Assembly (NCBI GenBank): GCA_951406725.2
Contig: OX597823.1
Coordinates: 2,108,001 to 2,172,000 of the forward strand
Length of the DNA: 64,000 nt
Reading direction: 5' to 3'
DNA from: Octopus vulgaris
Taxonomy: Eukaryota
Shown here: piece after piece, positions 16,338 through 30,852 of the stretch
How the letters are laid out: each line of letters starts with the position of its first letter
How positions within the stretch are numbered: position 1 is the stretch's first letter
The notes under the pieces: generated by a model
What the model was told of the DNA's origin: nothing
The model's input: the letters and a program-made list of their open reading frames with translations, nothing else
Databases searched by the model: none
Position numbers and translations under genes: made by a program

Positions 16338-16911
16338 CGCCTTTGTTAATTCGAGATGCACAGAGCGTTAGACCATGTGTTGATCTAAACAATTTGTAAA
16401 TCTTAAGTTTTCAAACCTCTGCGCAGACGCAAAATCTACCCGGTGATATAGGGCATGCCGGGAAAATTTTTTTACGAACAAATCTATCAAGTAATATGTG
16501 AATATAATCAAAAAAGGGTAATAACATAGGAGAAACATAGGAGAAGGAAAGATCCAAGGAAGGGAAGACGGAGGAAAAAATCGCCAACGATACACACGTG
16601 ATGCACATATTTGTATATAAAAGTATATATATATATATATATATGTGTGTCTGTGTGTGTATGTATGTATGTATGTATGTATGTATGTATGTATGTATGT
16701 ATGTATATACGTTTATGAATTTGTCTTGCAAGATTCCTGATGTGAAATCCTGTGTTGAAACAGGTTTTCTTATATTTCGAGATCTATTGATTCTAGTTTC
16801 AGCTCACGAGCTGTGGCCATGCTAGGGCACCGCCATGGTAATTTCTTTTTATATATTTTTTCTTCACTCATTTATTACTGTTCTTATTCTATTATTTTAA
16901 CTCATGTCCAT

Positions 16912-16956
16912 TGTCCGAAAATCTTTCGCCACACATCTGTGACCTCTTCAGTGACA
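16912..16956 (-). ncRNA. Type I hammerhead motif, same family as 12985-13028
   Basis: tgtca CTGAAGA g gtcac agatgt gtggc GAAA gatttTC ggaca. Confidence 0.6.
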
Positions 16957-17059
16957 CTTTTTATTTTCACAAGTGTTCTTGCTCCACTTATTCCAATCTG
17001 TTCTTCTATGATGTGTATCCTTATGTGTGCATGCGTTTGTGTCTCCTTCTTTGTGTGTG

Positions 17060-17096
<37 letters not shown>

Positions 17097-17129
17097 CACA
17101 CACACACACACACACACACATACACACAT

Positions 17130-17210
<81 letters not shown>

Positions 17211-17735
17211 TATCCAATATATATATATTCGTATTCTTACAACATGTCTCAGTAAATCAAATATTCTCTAAGTATCATCAAAGAAGTTATAAGTGTGTGT
17301 GTGTGAGGGGTGGGGATAAGTGTGTGTGTGTGTGCGTGTGCGCGTGGGTCTATACATTATGTCGAGACATCAGACAACCGCAGCAGGTCAGGAAGCAAAG
17401 AAAGAAATTAAAAGAACAACTTTGGGGGAGGTGGCTTTAGTAGGGAATCAGTTAGGTCCATCAAGTACAAGAAAAAGTAATGGCGATCAGAGTTGAAAGG
17501 ACACACAGACAATACCAGGGAAGTCAGTAGCAGCCATTTTGTTTCTGTATTAGTTCGGTTACCTCAGACTTTAAGGAATGTTTCGGTATTGTTGGTGAAA
17601 CTCCTAAAAACGCTGAAATTGTCCCCTGTTTTTCCTTCATGTTGTGTCATGTTACTTAGTTAACAACTGTAATTTATTGTCTCCAGTTTGTGGTGTTTCC
17701 ATTGAGGGGAGGGGCAGCAAGAAATTGTTTTCACG

Positions 17736-17769
<34 letters not shown>

Positions 17770-17857
17770 GCTATGAGAAACTACACATATACACGCGCAC
17801 TTAGGCGCGCCCACGTAAGGATAACCTGAAATTTGCTGCTTACTACTGCTGCTGCTG

Positions 17858-17907
<50 letters not shown>

Positions 17908-18016
17908 GCTATTACTACGACTGCTACAGTTTCCGTTCTATGTACGTGTGTGTGTATTTGTGTGTGTGTGTGTGTATTCAGTCTTGACAAAATTACATAT
18001 TTCAGTCTCATTCTAG

Positions 18017-18086
<70 letters not shown>

Positions 18087-18340
18087 CATACATACTTATA
18101 TGTATGTAGCTATGTGTGCATGCATGTATGCACGTATATACGCATGTATGTGCGCATGATTGGTTGTTTGTATGTATGTATGTATCTATAATTCTATGTA
18201 TATCTGAATTTCGTTTTCTTCTTTGCCTGGTGTTTTGTTATAACCAAAATAATATAAATCAACATCATATTATTATTATTATTTATTATTATTTATTATT
18301 ATTATCATTATTATTATCATTATTATTATCATTATTGTTA

Positions 18341-18890
18341 TTGAGTGAGAGAGCAGTGCATGCCATCAAAGTGACACTGGGGTAAAATATACCAAGCCCA
18401 GCATACCCATCATGACTACCCGTCTGATAAAGGTACACCAGGCACATGCATCACAACCATATGTGCGCGACATGGTGATCTCATATCAAGATAAACAGCA
18501 CATGACCTTGCAGGTGGGGCCCAGTCAGAATTTTCTTCAGGTTGAGTAGCCCATCCCGCTCAAAAGGTCCCTGAATAAGGGTTGTTTAAGGATGTTGAAC
18601 GAACTGCCAATGTTTCCAGTGGTGAATTATTCAAACCCCAAAGAATCCCCCTCAACACATGGGTATGATGCTCCCCCACTACTTCTACTCGTGATCAGAG
18701 ATGTACATATCGTCAGCCACCAAGGGACATGCTCAACTGGTTAAGGTCAAACAACTGACAAGCAAATCTGTGGTATTGAGCAGAATATTTGCTGTAGCCC
18801 ATCTTTTATACCAAGACAAAACAATGTACAGGATAACACTTCCAATCAGTTAAGATCAAATGCCATGAGAACCACTACCTGTTACTGCAT
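18341..18890. mobile_element. Non-coding interspersed element between (TTA)n tracts
   Basis: Complex-sequence block sharply bounded by TTA-rich repeats on both sides; no ORF; family not identified. Confidence 0.4.
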
Positions 18891-18928
18891 CCTCCTCCTC
18901 CTCCTCCTCCTCATCATCATCATCATCA

Positions 18929-18974
<46 letters not shown>

Positions 18975-18976
18975 CA

Positions 18977-19027
<51 letters not shown>

Positions 19028-20729
19028 GTAGTAGTAGTAGTAGTAGTAGTAGTTATTTATATTGTTGTTATTGCTATTGGTGTTGTTTTACGATAATACT
19101 GTAAATTGTTTTGTTTGTTGAGTGTTGCTGTGTTTAAGTCAACATTCGACTCACTCTGAAGTGGAATCTGATTCAATATTGACAAACGAAGTTAAGGATG
19201 TCACAAAACAAACTTCTATCATGCCCAGGGTTATAATGCTGTGGCAGTGCCGTCACTGTTGGGAGTCTTTTATCATTAATGGCAACGGTAGCAACTTGTA
19301 TAATATCCAAGTTATAAAAGCATTACTTTCATTTTGAGCTAGAAATGTCCGATTAGACAGGAATGGAAAAAGACGATCATTGCAAAACAACTGATGTTTT
19401 CATTTCTGCCCAGAATTATTAAAGATTGTTTATTTTTAATTACATTTATGAAAGAGAAAATGCCAGTACTTAAGAAACCGAAATTAATTCTTTATTCAAG
19501 TAACTTTTCACAGGAAACGTTAGCAGTTGATTGGATGTATCTTTGAGACAAAACAACGGCAAGATGGCAGATTTGCAGTTGATGGAACAAAATCAAGTTT
19601 CATTGGTTCAGTTAAGTAGGATTAGCCAATGAACTATCGTTTTATTCGTCACATTCGGCACAGAGTTGAAACCTTAATCCAAAGCTCAATGTGAGGTGTT
19701 ATATAATATTTTAGCGACTTTTCGCTAATCTGCAGGAATGAAGAGGCGGAGATAAGAAGAGTCTTCATTGTCATTTGCTATTTAAGTCGGTCACGTGTCG
19801 TTTAATTTCCTTTTTCAAACAATGGTTTAACAACTGTTGTTAGGCTTCCTCTTCCCCCTTTATTAAGAAAGATGACGGGGCCAGGGCAGACGGCTTCTCT
19901 TTCTACCTTTCTTTCCGACTCCCCCCCCCAACACATAACCAATTTCTGGATATTTTCCTTTGCATGTTGCCAACACTTTACTGAATATCGTAATCTCAAA
20001 CAAAACTTCTTTCATCTTCTTTTACTTGTTTCAGTCACTGGATTGCGGCCATGCTGTAGCACCGCCTTGAATGATTTCAGTCGAAAACCACGGCACCAGT
20101 ACTCTATTTTTATGTCTGGTATTTACTCTATCAGTGTCTATTGCTGAACCGCTAAGTTACGGGGACGTAAACAAACCAACACTGGTTGACAAGCGGTGCA
20201 GAGACACATAGATCCACAAATACATACACACACTACACACATACTCGCATGCATATCTCTCCGATGATGGAATAGATAGCTACTCCATTCTTAGTTTATC
20301 TTTGTCTGCAGGGAAGTGCACCACCTGTGTCTCTGTTCTTGAAACACCTGTAAGAGGCCATCTACACACCTTCTTATCCCCACCCACTTCCTTAATATCT
20401 ATACCCTTGTAAAAACTCAACGCTCAGGTTTAACGATAAAAATGCCATAACCTAACCTGGTACCAGTTGTTTTGCCGGTTTATCCTTTTATGCCTAGAAC
20501 TGGTCCATTGATAAACTGCCTAAAGCCAATCGACGTTATGCAACACAAACATCCTTGCTTTTAGCTGCAGTTCAAGTTGCGGCTTGAGGCAACGACGAGT
20601 CAATCTGACAACCAATTGCTTGTAACTATTACCTTACCTCACCAGACGCTACCTTACCTGAATTACAAATATATATGTATATGTATACATATGTATATGT
20701 ATACAAATATATATGTATATGTATACATA

Positions 20730-21345
20730 CATCATCATCATCATTGTTCGACCGTGGTCGAGACAATGGAATTTACCATGTTACGCCAGACTTCACGGTC
20801 CATCATGGCATTACGGAGGTCCTGTTGCTGGATGCCTGTATCCCTGGAGATTACATCAGGGTGGGAGAGTGTGCGCCCTCTGGTATTGCGAGCAGATGGC
20901 TTCCAGAGGAGAAGAGTAGAAATTACCTCTTTTTCAGCTCTACAACAATGTCCAGCAAACTGGACTCTCCTACCTTTCACAAGAGATGACACAGGTGGTA
21001 GTTTCCCATATATTTGCATTTTGGTTGGATGGCGCTTCCACGAGAGATTTTGAGCTCTCATAAGGAGGCGAGTGTAGGTTCCATCCAACCGCCTCTCAAG
21101 CTTCTTTGATAACGTCCAGGTTTCTGAGCCATATAGTAGAATTGGTTCGACTGTGGCTTTGAAGATTTCAAGTTTGAAGTCTCTACTTAGATTTGATGAC
21201 CAGATCTTATGCATGTCATTACAGGCTGACCAGGCCATACCCTTTCTAGTTAGAAAGTCTTTTCCAGATGATGATATGTATGGCCCAAGATATTTGTAAT
21301 CAGAAACCATATTTAAGGGCGCATTGTTGAGAGCATGGATGATGC
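20730..21345 (-). mobile_element. RTE-clade LINE 3' end with (TGA)n tail
   Basis: DYKYLG..ILLYGSETWTL..FAGHC..DREVWR; the stop is followed by short TGA repeats. Confidence 0.88.
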
Positions 21346-21379
21346 AATACATACATACATACATACATACATACATACA

Positions 21380-21487
<108 letters not shown>

Positions 21488-21607
21488 CATACATATACAT
21501 ACACGAATACATGCATATATATATACATATACATATATACATACATACATACATGAATACATATATATATACATATACATACATACATACATATATATAT
21601 ATATGTG

Positions 21608-24576
21608 TGTTTGCACAGGGATTGCCCCTTTACCCATCTCCCAGGGACTCGTCGGACATTTAAAGATAACCACTCATATAAAAATAGCCACAGCCACAGT
21701 CACCTACAGTTCCCTAGACAGGAAACCACCTCTTCTTCCTCTTTTTTAGCTATAATGAATCTAGCAAAAGAACTGAAAAAAAACATCCGAGCTATCACCC
21801 ACCACCATCCACCACTATTACCCCACTGCACATGCCATTAAAAAGCAATCAAATAAACAAATCACCAAAACAATTAAAACCATCCACTCTCGCCTCAACA
21901 TTTCTGCTTAATGCCCAAGGCATCAGCCCTTCCACCAATACACAAAAATGGAAGATAAGATTCCTGGAGGACTGGGTCGAGGCCCATCCAAACCACATCC
22001 CTTTCTTCGTCCTCACTGAAACCCATCTTAGTAACCTTCACTTGGAAGCCGAGGTGAAAGTTAAAAATTTCAAAACCATTCGTGCTGATCGTGCTGGCAG
22101 AAGAAAGGGTGGGACTGTTCATGATTCATTCTCAACAGAAGCCATGAACATATTTTCCAATGGATACTGCGAAACAGTCGCTGTATTCAGTCAAACCAAC
22201 TTAACAGTAGTTGGGCTCTACAGACCACCCCAAACGCCCCTACCATGCTTCAAGGAATGCCTCAACAGCATAAAGTGTTTCATTCAGCAGTGTCAACCTG
22301 ACAACATTTTAATGATGGGAGATTTCAACCTTCCCGGGGTTGACTGGTCTACAAACAGTCTGCCGCCAGGTTCTTCTCTCTCAACCCCTGACAGGGAGGC
22401 AGTGGAATCGCTTCTTGACTTCATGGATGATTTCTTCCTGTCCCAACTGGTACTCGAACCAACGAGATGTCATAAAAACGTCTTAGACTTAATTTTCAGC
22501 AATCACACTTATACTATCCACAATATTGCAGTGGAGAAAACCCTATTCTCCGATCATGACATGGTTCTCTGTGATCTGAGATTTCACTGGCCAAAATGCA
22601 AAACAAATGTCATCCCTCCTGTTCATCCATTTGACACTATGGATTTCCTCAATGCAAACTGGGAAGCGATCAATAATGATCTTGCACAAGTCGATTGGTC
22701 CTTCACGCACACATACACACCCACTAACATCAAAAAGTCCTGGCAGTCATTTGTAGACACCATTACGAACATATGTGCAAAACACACCCCATTAAGATCT
22801 GCAAACAAATCTAAGTGTCGAATCCCTAGAAATAGAAAATCTCTCATCAGGAAAATTAAAAGAATTAACAAAAAAATCAACAAGCTGAAATACTGTCAAC
22901 AGCAACACACCAACCTGACTGCCATCTCGTCGCTAGAGATTAAAAAACATAAACTCCAAAACAACATGATGTCTATCATCAATAGTCAGCGAAGAGCTGA
23001 AGAGGCCTGGGCCATTGAGAAGATCAAACTCAATCCCAAAGTGTTCTTTTCATTTGCAAAAAAACACAGAGTCACTGGTTCTACTGTTGGCCCTCTGATT
23101 GATGAAAATGGTACTCTTCAAGACAATGCCAAAACCATGGGAGAGATATTGCAGAAACAATATTGCTCTGTTTTCAGCAATCCTGATATGACTGATCTGG
23201 GCTGTATCAGTGATGTTACTCCCCAATACACTTTATCGGACATAACATTTGGCGCTCCTGATGTCTTAGCAGCAATAAAGGAAATGAAGCATAATTCAGC
23301 AGTAGGCATCATTTTGATGACATTTTGAGAGCCTTGGGAGAGGGTTCCAACACTGATGTCATCTACCTTGATTTCAGCAAGGCCTTTGACAGGGTTGATC
23401 ATAAGATCCTTCCGAGAAAGCTGTCCAATATTGGTGTCACTGGAAAGCTGCTGCAGTGGATCAAGCGCTTCCTGTCTAACAGAACCCAACATGTTGTAGT
23501 CGAAGGAGTCAAATCCAGCCCAGCCAAAGTCAGCAGTGGTGTCCCACAAGGCACGGTGTTGGGCCCACTTCTCTTCATCATCTACATAAATGATATTACT
23601 GACACCATCAAACACAGTAACATCAGAACCTTCGCTGATGACTCCAAGCTCCAGAAGGTCATCAATGGCGTGGATGACCGAATAAGCCTTCAGTCAGACC
23701 TACTGGCTGTTGCCCAATGGGCGGAAAAGAATAACATGTTGCTAAATGAAGACAAATTCGAACTGATCCACTTTGGAAGGGAGCACGCTCTGAAACTCCC
23801 ATACTCTCTTCCTTCTGGAGAAATTCTCATGGCATCCAACAACATCAGAGACTTGGGAGTAACAGTGGACAACAACATAATCTGGGCTACACATATAAGC
23901 AGCAAAGTTGACATGGCCCGCAGAATGTGTTCCTGGATTCTCAGAACCTTCCAGTCGAGAGATTCCCACACTATTATCCTTCTCTTCTCCACTTTTGCTC
24001 GACCCCACCTTGAATACTGCTGTCCACTGTGGTCTCCCTACACAAAACAAAATATTATGAGAATTGAAGCTCCCCAAAGGTCAATCACAAAAAAGATAGA
24101 TGGCATGTCAGACCTTGACTACTGGGGTAGACTAGAGAAGCTGAAACTGTATTCACTCCAACGACGCCGTGAACGCTACATTATCTGTATGATGTGGAAA
24201 ATATTCCATCAACACTGTCCGAATGATGTTGGCATCACCTTCAAAATACATCCAAGGCTTGGACCACGTGCCATCCGTCCATAACAAAAATCTAAATCGC
24301 ATCACATAACGACAATACGGTACAACTATTTCACCTCAATTGGACCCGCTCTCTTCAACATTACACCAGGACACGTCAACACACAAAATTCAAGAAGTCT
24401 TTGGACAAATTCCTTCAAACAGTCTCGGACAAACCACCCACACCCGGATATGTCTCCGCAAACAATAACTCTCTGCTCAAATCCTGAATTGAAAGACCTC
24501 GCCAGGTGGTGCTATTAAGTTAGACATGGCCTGGGCCAATACTGGCCAAAACCTTTCTAAGTTATTCTAAGTTAAG
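21608..24576 (+). mobile_element. CR1-like LINE (ORF1 remnant, APE endonuclease, RT) with an internal deletion
   Basis: APE motifs LNAQG, LTETHL, YRPP, MGDFN, LDL, SDHD; RT motifs YLDFSKAFD, GVPQGTVLGP, FADD; tail ttctaagtta repeats. Confidence 0.9.
21832..24284 (+). pseudogene. LINE ORF2 (APE-RT), split near 23305
   Basis: ORFs 21832-23328 and 23325-24284; the GPD..NYRPISL..QHGF segment is missing. Confidence 0.85.
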
Positions 24577-24615
24577 TTATATATACATATACATATATAC
24601 ATACATACATATATA

Positions 24616-24702
<87 letters not shown>

Positions 24703-25403
24703 TGTATGTATGTATGTATGTATTATGTGTGTATGTATCTGCGTATGTATGTATGTATGTATGTATGTATACATGCATATATGGGTACAGGATGTCACCA
24801 ACGGTGAAAATAACATGAAATGCTAAACAACGAGAATAAATGAAAAACAGGACACAGAGAAAGGACCCTTCATCAGTTGTCGGCTGTCTATCGACTCCTC
24901 ATTTCCAGCATTCAACGACCTATAAGAGGCGAGGGTTCGATTCCCACGCGTACGGAAAACCCACTTTTACCCGTCGAGGGCTTATATGTCCCAATATTAG
25001 ACTATTTTCTTTAGTCATTGCTCGGTGATCGCTTATAAGCTTATAAGGAATTCGAAGGATTACATTGGGTTTGATGGGAAAACGTTTGTCATGTCAACAG
25101 ATGTGGGTTCGTGTCCCACGGGGAGCCTTCAAATTTCAAAAGAGATTTTCAGCCCAATATTTGCATGTTTCGAGATATCCACTATTTCAAAAGATGTGCG
25201 CCTATGTATGTACGTACGTAATGTATGTATATATGCGTATGTGTGTATGTATGTATGTATGTATGTGTATGTATGTATGTGTATGTATGTGTGTGTGTAT
25301 GTATGTATGTGTGTATGTATGTATGTGTATGTATGCGTATGTATGTATGTATGTATGTATGTGTGTATGTATGTATGTATGTATGTATGTATGTATGTAT
25401 GTA

Positions 25404-25434
<31 letters not shown>

Positions 25435-25653
25435 ATGTATGTATGTATGTGTGTGTATGTATATATGAGTAATAAATTACATTCGGGTATACATCTTATA
25501 GTATGCCGTTTAAAGCCCGTCACAGTATTCGGCTACCTGATGTCAATAATATGACGGTATATACCACTGGATTTACTTCAGGAAACCCTTCATGTCCGTA
25601 CAGTTTATGAAAATATGAGAAAAAGAAAACGAATTCACGAGATTCTTTATTAT

Positions 25654-25756
25654 TCACTTCGATCGTTTCGACCCATCGTGCCGCGGCGCCTCGTGGGTGA
25701 CATGCTATACAAACAGCTGTGTTGCATGGTAGGTGCGGATGTGTCTCATCAGGTGA
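25654..25756 (-). ncRNA. Hammerhead motif with mutated cleavage site
   Basis: tcac CTGATGA gacacatc..gatgggtc GAAA cgatcg AA gtga (AA in place of UH). Confidence 0.65.
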
Positions 25757-25997
25757 CTTGTCAAAAGGCACCTGGTTTTATTAATCTCCGTTTTGTTTAT
25801 TTCGATTAGAATACATTTTTGTAGATGTAGTGTTACTCGTCGACACGAAGAACTGCGAGGCGTAAGTCGAGCACAGAGCGTAATGAGAAGTTAATTAACT
25901 GGCAAGTAATTATAAAATGAACTTCATTAGCTTGCAGCTGTTTCTGCTATAAGATGCTATGCACTCATGGTTGTGTGCTTGTGTCACACCCTGTCTG

Positions 25998-26072
<75 letters not shown>

Positions 26073-26664
26073 GTCTGTCTGTCTATCTATAGGCACACAT
26101 GCGTGTGTGCATGTGTGTATGTGCGTGTGTGTGTTCGTGTGTGTGTTCGTGTGTGAGTGCGTGTGTTTGTGTGTGCGTGTGTGGGTGGGTGTGCGTTTAT
26201 GTATTTCTCTATGATTGAATACATTCAGAGATGAAGTGAATATGATGTTTTAGCTATTGTGACAACTCAGATGTCAGCCTTATTTCACCTCTTCAGTAAA
26301 TTCACAGCTGCCGGCGCTTTCATTGTTATAGCATTTCCGCGAAATTGATTCACAAATCAAGGAAATTAAAAAAAGAGAAAACACATTAGAAACATTTCCC
26401 AGGGTTGCAGGTTCAACTCCAGCGGTGTTTAATTTTACTTTTTATCATTTGGTCGTTGATCGTCAAAATCGTGAGCCACTACCTTGTGGTGTTTATTAAC
26501 GAGCTTTTATTTAATGAATTTAAGTATCACTGACGTCTCCTTTACCGTTCCTCTTTCTAATGTAGTAGGAAGTTGGCTTCCTAACCGCATGATACTGCGT
26601 TCAGTCTCACTGCGTAGCATAGCACTGGGCCGACCAAAGCTTTGTGAGTTATTTGGTAAACGGA

Positions 26665-26731
<67 letters not shown>

Positions 26732-26735
26732 TGGC

Positions 26736-27110
26736 ACTCCGTTGGTTATGATGACGAGGGTTCCAGTTGATCCGATCAACGGAACAGCCTGCTTATGAAA
26801 TTAACGTGCAAGTGGCTGAGAACTCCACAGACACGTGTATCCTTAACCTAGTTCTCGGGGAGATTCAGTGTGACACAGAGTGTGACAAGGCTGGCCCTTT
26901 GAAATACAGGTACAACAGAAACAAGATGAAAGACTGAGAGAAAGTTGTGGTGAAAGAATACAGCAGGGTTCACCACCGCCTTCTGCCGGAGTCTCGTGGA
27001 GCTCTAGGTGTTTTCGCTCAATAAACACTCACAACGCCCGGTCTGGGAATCGAAACCACGATCCTACGACCACAAGTCCGCTGCCCTAACCACTGGGCCA
27101 TTAGGCCTCC
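26736..27110 (-). mobile_element. tRNA-derived SINE, family S2a
   Basis: Head ggaggcctaatggcccagtggttaggg..gtttcgattccc (A/B boxes); 3' body shared with 41466-41645. Confidence 0.8.
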
Positions 27111-27143
27111 ACACACACGCCGCACAGACAGACAGACAGACAG

Positions 27144-27189
<46 letters not shown>

Positions 27190-27226
27190 CTGTAAATGTA
27201 ATATATGACAATTATTCGGTAACCAT

Positions 27227-27286
27227 GATAAAACTCCGAGTTTCGGATGCCGAGGTGGAAATCCACGCCGCCATTGTTCAGTTATC
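27227..27286 (-). ncRNA. Decayed hammerhead motif
   Basis: gataa CTGAACA [hairpin] GAAA ctcggag TT ttatc; perfect helix I, core G changed to C. Confidence 0.5.
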
Positions 27287-27308
27287 CGACAATCGGAAAA
27301 ATGCTATG

Positions 27309-27365
<57 letters not shown>

Positions 27366-27528
27366 GAAAAAAAAACACCTTTTATAAATTCAAAATGAAC
27401 AATTAAATTACACCATCTAGAAAATTACATATAATATAAATATTAACATTAAAATAACAATAAAATGTCAAAGATTAAGTAAATTGCGAAAATAATAATA
27501 ACGATAATAACGTATATAAATTGTAGAA

Positions 27529-27617
27529 TAACGACACGTGTTTCGTGGCTATATTTAAGAAATGGTTACAGTGGTAGAGAAATCACTTCGATATAAATAT
27601 AGTCACTCATCAGGTTA
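27529..27617 (-). ncRNA. Type I hammerhead ribozyme
   Basis: taac CTGATGA gtgactatattta..taaatatagccac GAAA cacgtg TC gtta. Confidence 0.88.
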
Positions 27618-28269
27618 AAAATAAACTAGAACAATAAAATAATTAATTAATTAATATACTTTAATATATATATTTATATATATATATATATATATAAGAG
27701 AGAGAGACCACAACGCTAGAAATAGATCCGCAAAGGGAATCCACCATTAAAGAATTGTTCTCAAGCATTAATTCAACACGCCAAGAATGTAAGAGGGCAG
27801 GACAAATGAAAAATAACGAAAAAATAGATTAACTCTATACAATTGTTTCATCGTTAATAGATTAAGTAATTTTACACACATAATCATTTTCGAATCCTCA
27901 GTAGAGTATATCAAAAATATGATTTGCTGAACCGAACGCCAAAATCCATACGAAGCCGAGCAAAGGCGAACGGCACAGCCGATTACATTTGCAGTTACGT
28001 TCAAATATCCTCACTCCTGGCGCGTTGAAAATACCGGATGTAAATACTACCCCAGTAATTTACTGCCGGTTTTAGAACATATTAATTTATAATTAAAATT
28101 AAATTTTTACTGTATCCCAGTTTTTTTTCGCTAGGCCACTTGGTGTTTTAAATTGATGTTATTAATTAATATTCAATTTTTTCACCCTTATTGTGATTTT
28201 AATTATATATATATATATATATATTATAACTTATTTTATAAGTTAGTTATAAATTTAACCATTAAAGGT

Positions 28270-28705
28270 ATTTTTTAATATGCTGGCCATTGATAAAACT
28301 TTTTTCGAAAAATTTTATCCTATATTAGATCTAAGTTTAATAGTGTTCACTTCCGGACTCTCTCACTCTGTGAAAGTTTCTAGTTCGAATCACACGTGTC
28401 TCGAGATGTGCTGAAGATTTTCTGTTTTGGATATATTTGGGGTACTTAGGGCTGCTCAGGACTTAGTGCTTGCTTTTTCCATGGGTATGAGTAAGTATTT
28501 CACTTATGTCTTACGTATTTATCGCTGAGGAGGAGAAAATTCTTATGAATTAACTCTGAAATTGGGATCAATACAGTAATAACGGATTTTTTTTAGAAAT
28601 TTCTATCGGTTTGTTTCGAGATGCATAAATTATAATGGTTATTGACAATGTCTATTTTCGGCATATTTGGCATTAGAATTTTTTTCTTTTGCCCTTATTT
28701 TATAA
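28270..28705 (+). mobile_element. ~430 bp hammerhead-bearing repeat (motif at 28520-28578)
   Basis: Homologous to 48295-48740; tatcg CTGAGGA ggag..ctct GAAA ttgggatcaa TA cagta; bounded by (TA)n. Confidence 0.7.
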
Positions 28706-28706
28706 G

Positions 28707-28760
<54 letters not shown>

Positions 28761-29062
28761 CATCGTGTCTGTGTTTGTCCCCCGCTATCGCATGACAACC
28801 AGTATGAATACGTTTACATCCCCGTAACTTAGCGGTTCGGCGAAAGAAACCAATAGAATAACTACCACGCATTAACAAATTCATTCGATTAAAATTTCTT
28901 TAAAGCAGTGCCCCAGGGTGGCCGCGGTTTAATGACTGAAACAAATAAAAGATATATGCATATGCATGCATACAAGTATGTATGTATGTATGTATATATG
29001 TATGTAAATATGTATGTATATATGCATGCATGTATGTATATATGTATGTATGTACGTACGTA

Positions 29063-29668
29063 CGTCGGCGACTAAACCGGCAACCCCACCAAGCTTGCTT
29101 GGTGAAGAGGGTGGTTATTGGACACCGCAGGATAAAAAACAAAACCCGTCAAAGGGCGGAGGAACTCCTGAGAGTCAACGGCCATCCGAGAAATGTGCAT
29201 TTTTTTTTCTCTTAAGGCTTAAGGCTGTATCGTGCGCGGGGACATAGAAATAATCGGACTGAATACCCGATCGCGCGGTTAAACCATTGGGAGTGAAGGA
29301 CTCCTAGCCTTTGTTAGGGCATCCTTCCAGGAGAAGGTAACTCAGGTAACTGGGATAACTCCGACATAAAATCTGCGGCTCAGTGGTTACCGACGATGTT
29401 GACTTGTTCTTCTTTTCGGATTATGGCTGCTGTTGCTTAGTGAGTGGGATTGACTCAGTGCACAGCCTTTCCTCACTTTAAAAAAAATCTTCTTGCACAG
29501 GCATTGCGCGATAGCAACATTGTTCATGATTGTTGATGGTGCTGTGAGTCTCAACTGAATGGCTGGCTGTAGCCTTAAAAAGCAAATAAAAGTCACATTC
29601 GATCACAGCACCAATAACAGTTAAGCTTCGTGCAATGGCCATACTCGATAACGAGGGGGCAGCCATCA
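29063..29668 (+). mobile_element. Putative non-autonomous RTE-derived element (5' and 3' UTR-like, no ORF) in (TATG)n
   Basis: Sharp boundaries in microsatellite; 5'UTR-like ccaggagaaggtaactc; terminal hairpin ctcg-ataa-cgag then catcat; family assignment is inference. Confidence 0.45.
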
Positions 29669-30075
29669 TGAATGTATGTGTACATGTATGTATGTATGTA
29701 TGTATGTATGTATGTATGTATGTATGTATGTATGTATGTATGTATGTATGTATGTATGTATCTATGTATGTATGTATGTATGTATGTATGTATGTATCTA
29801 TGTATGTATGTATGTATGTATGTATGTATGTATGTATGTATGTATGTATGCAAGTATGTATGTACGTATGTATGTTTGAATGTATGTGTGCATGTATGTA
29901 TGTAAATATGTATGTATATATGCATGCATGTATTGTATGCATATATATATGCATGCATGTACGTATTATATATATATGTGTGTATCTATGTAAGTATGTA
30001 TGTATATATGTATGTGTGTATGTAAATATGTATGTATGTATGTATGTACGTGTGTATGTATGTATATATGTATGT

Positions 30076-30110
<35 letters not shown>

Positions 30111-30390
30111 AAAAGCGATGGAGTGAGAGTTGTGTGTGTTTACAGACTCAGGGTTGATAGTCGAGAAGTATTTAACAGGAATCTAAAATGTTTAGAATCG
30201 TCAAATGCTGGAAGTTCTTAACATCGGTCGGCAAAATCCAAACAAACCCTTCCGCACCCTCCCCCACATCCCGCTCCCACCATAACACTGATTAGTTTCT
30301 TTGTTTTTATGTTTGCGTTGATGTGTGAAGAGGTGGGGGAGGTTGGGGAGGCCGCATAGTGTGTGTATGTGTGAATCAGAGAAAGAGAAT

Positions 30391-30469
<79 letters not shown>

Positions 30470-30759
30470 TGTGTGCGTGAGTGTCTGTAAACGAGAGTAT
30501 GATGCGAATGTGAACGAGAAATAGACGGAAAGGGAGAGAGCAAGCGTGGGTGTTTGTGTGTGTGTGTGTGTGTGTAAACGTGAGAGAGAATGCGCGCGCG
30601 CGTGTTCTTGTAGTTCCTGAAACTTACTTTGATTTTTTTTTAAATGAGGTAAATGGGCCTAGAATAAGAACCAAACTTAAATGGAGGGTTGACTAAAGTC
30701 TTGAGTTCGGTGCCACAACGTCGCATCGGTCTAACGTTTGAAACAAAAAGGCTTAAGAA

Positions 30760-30846
<87 letters not shown>

Positions 30847-30852
30847 ATAGAT

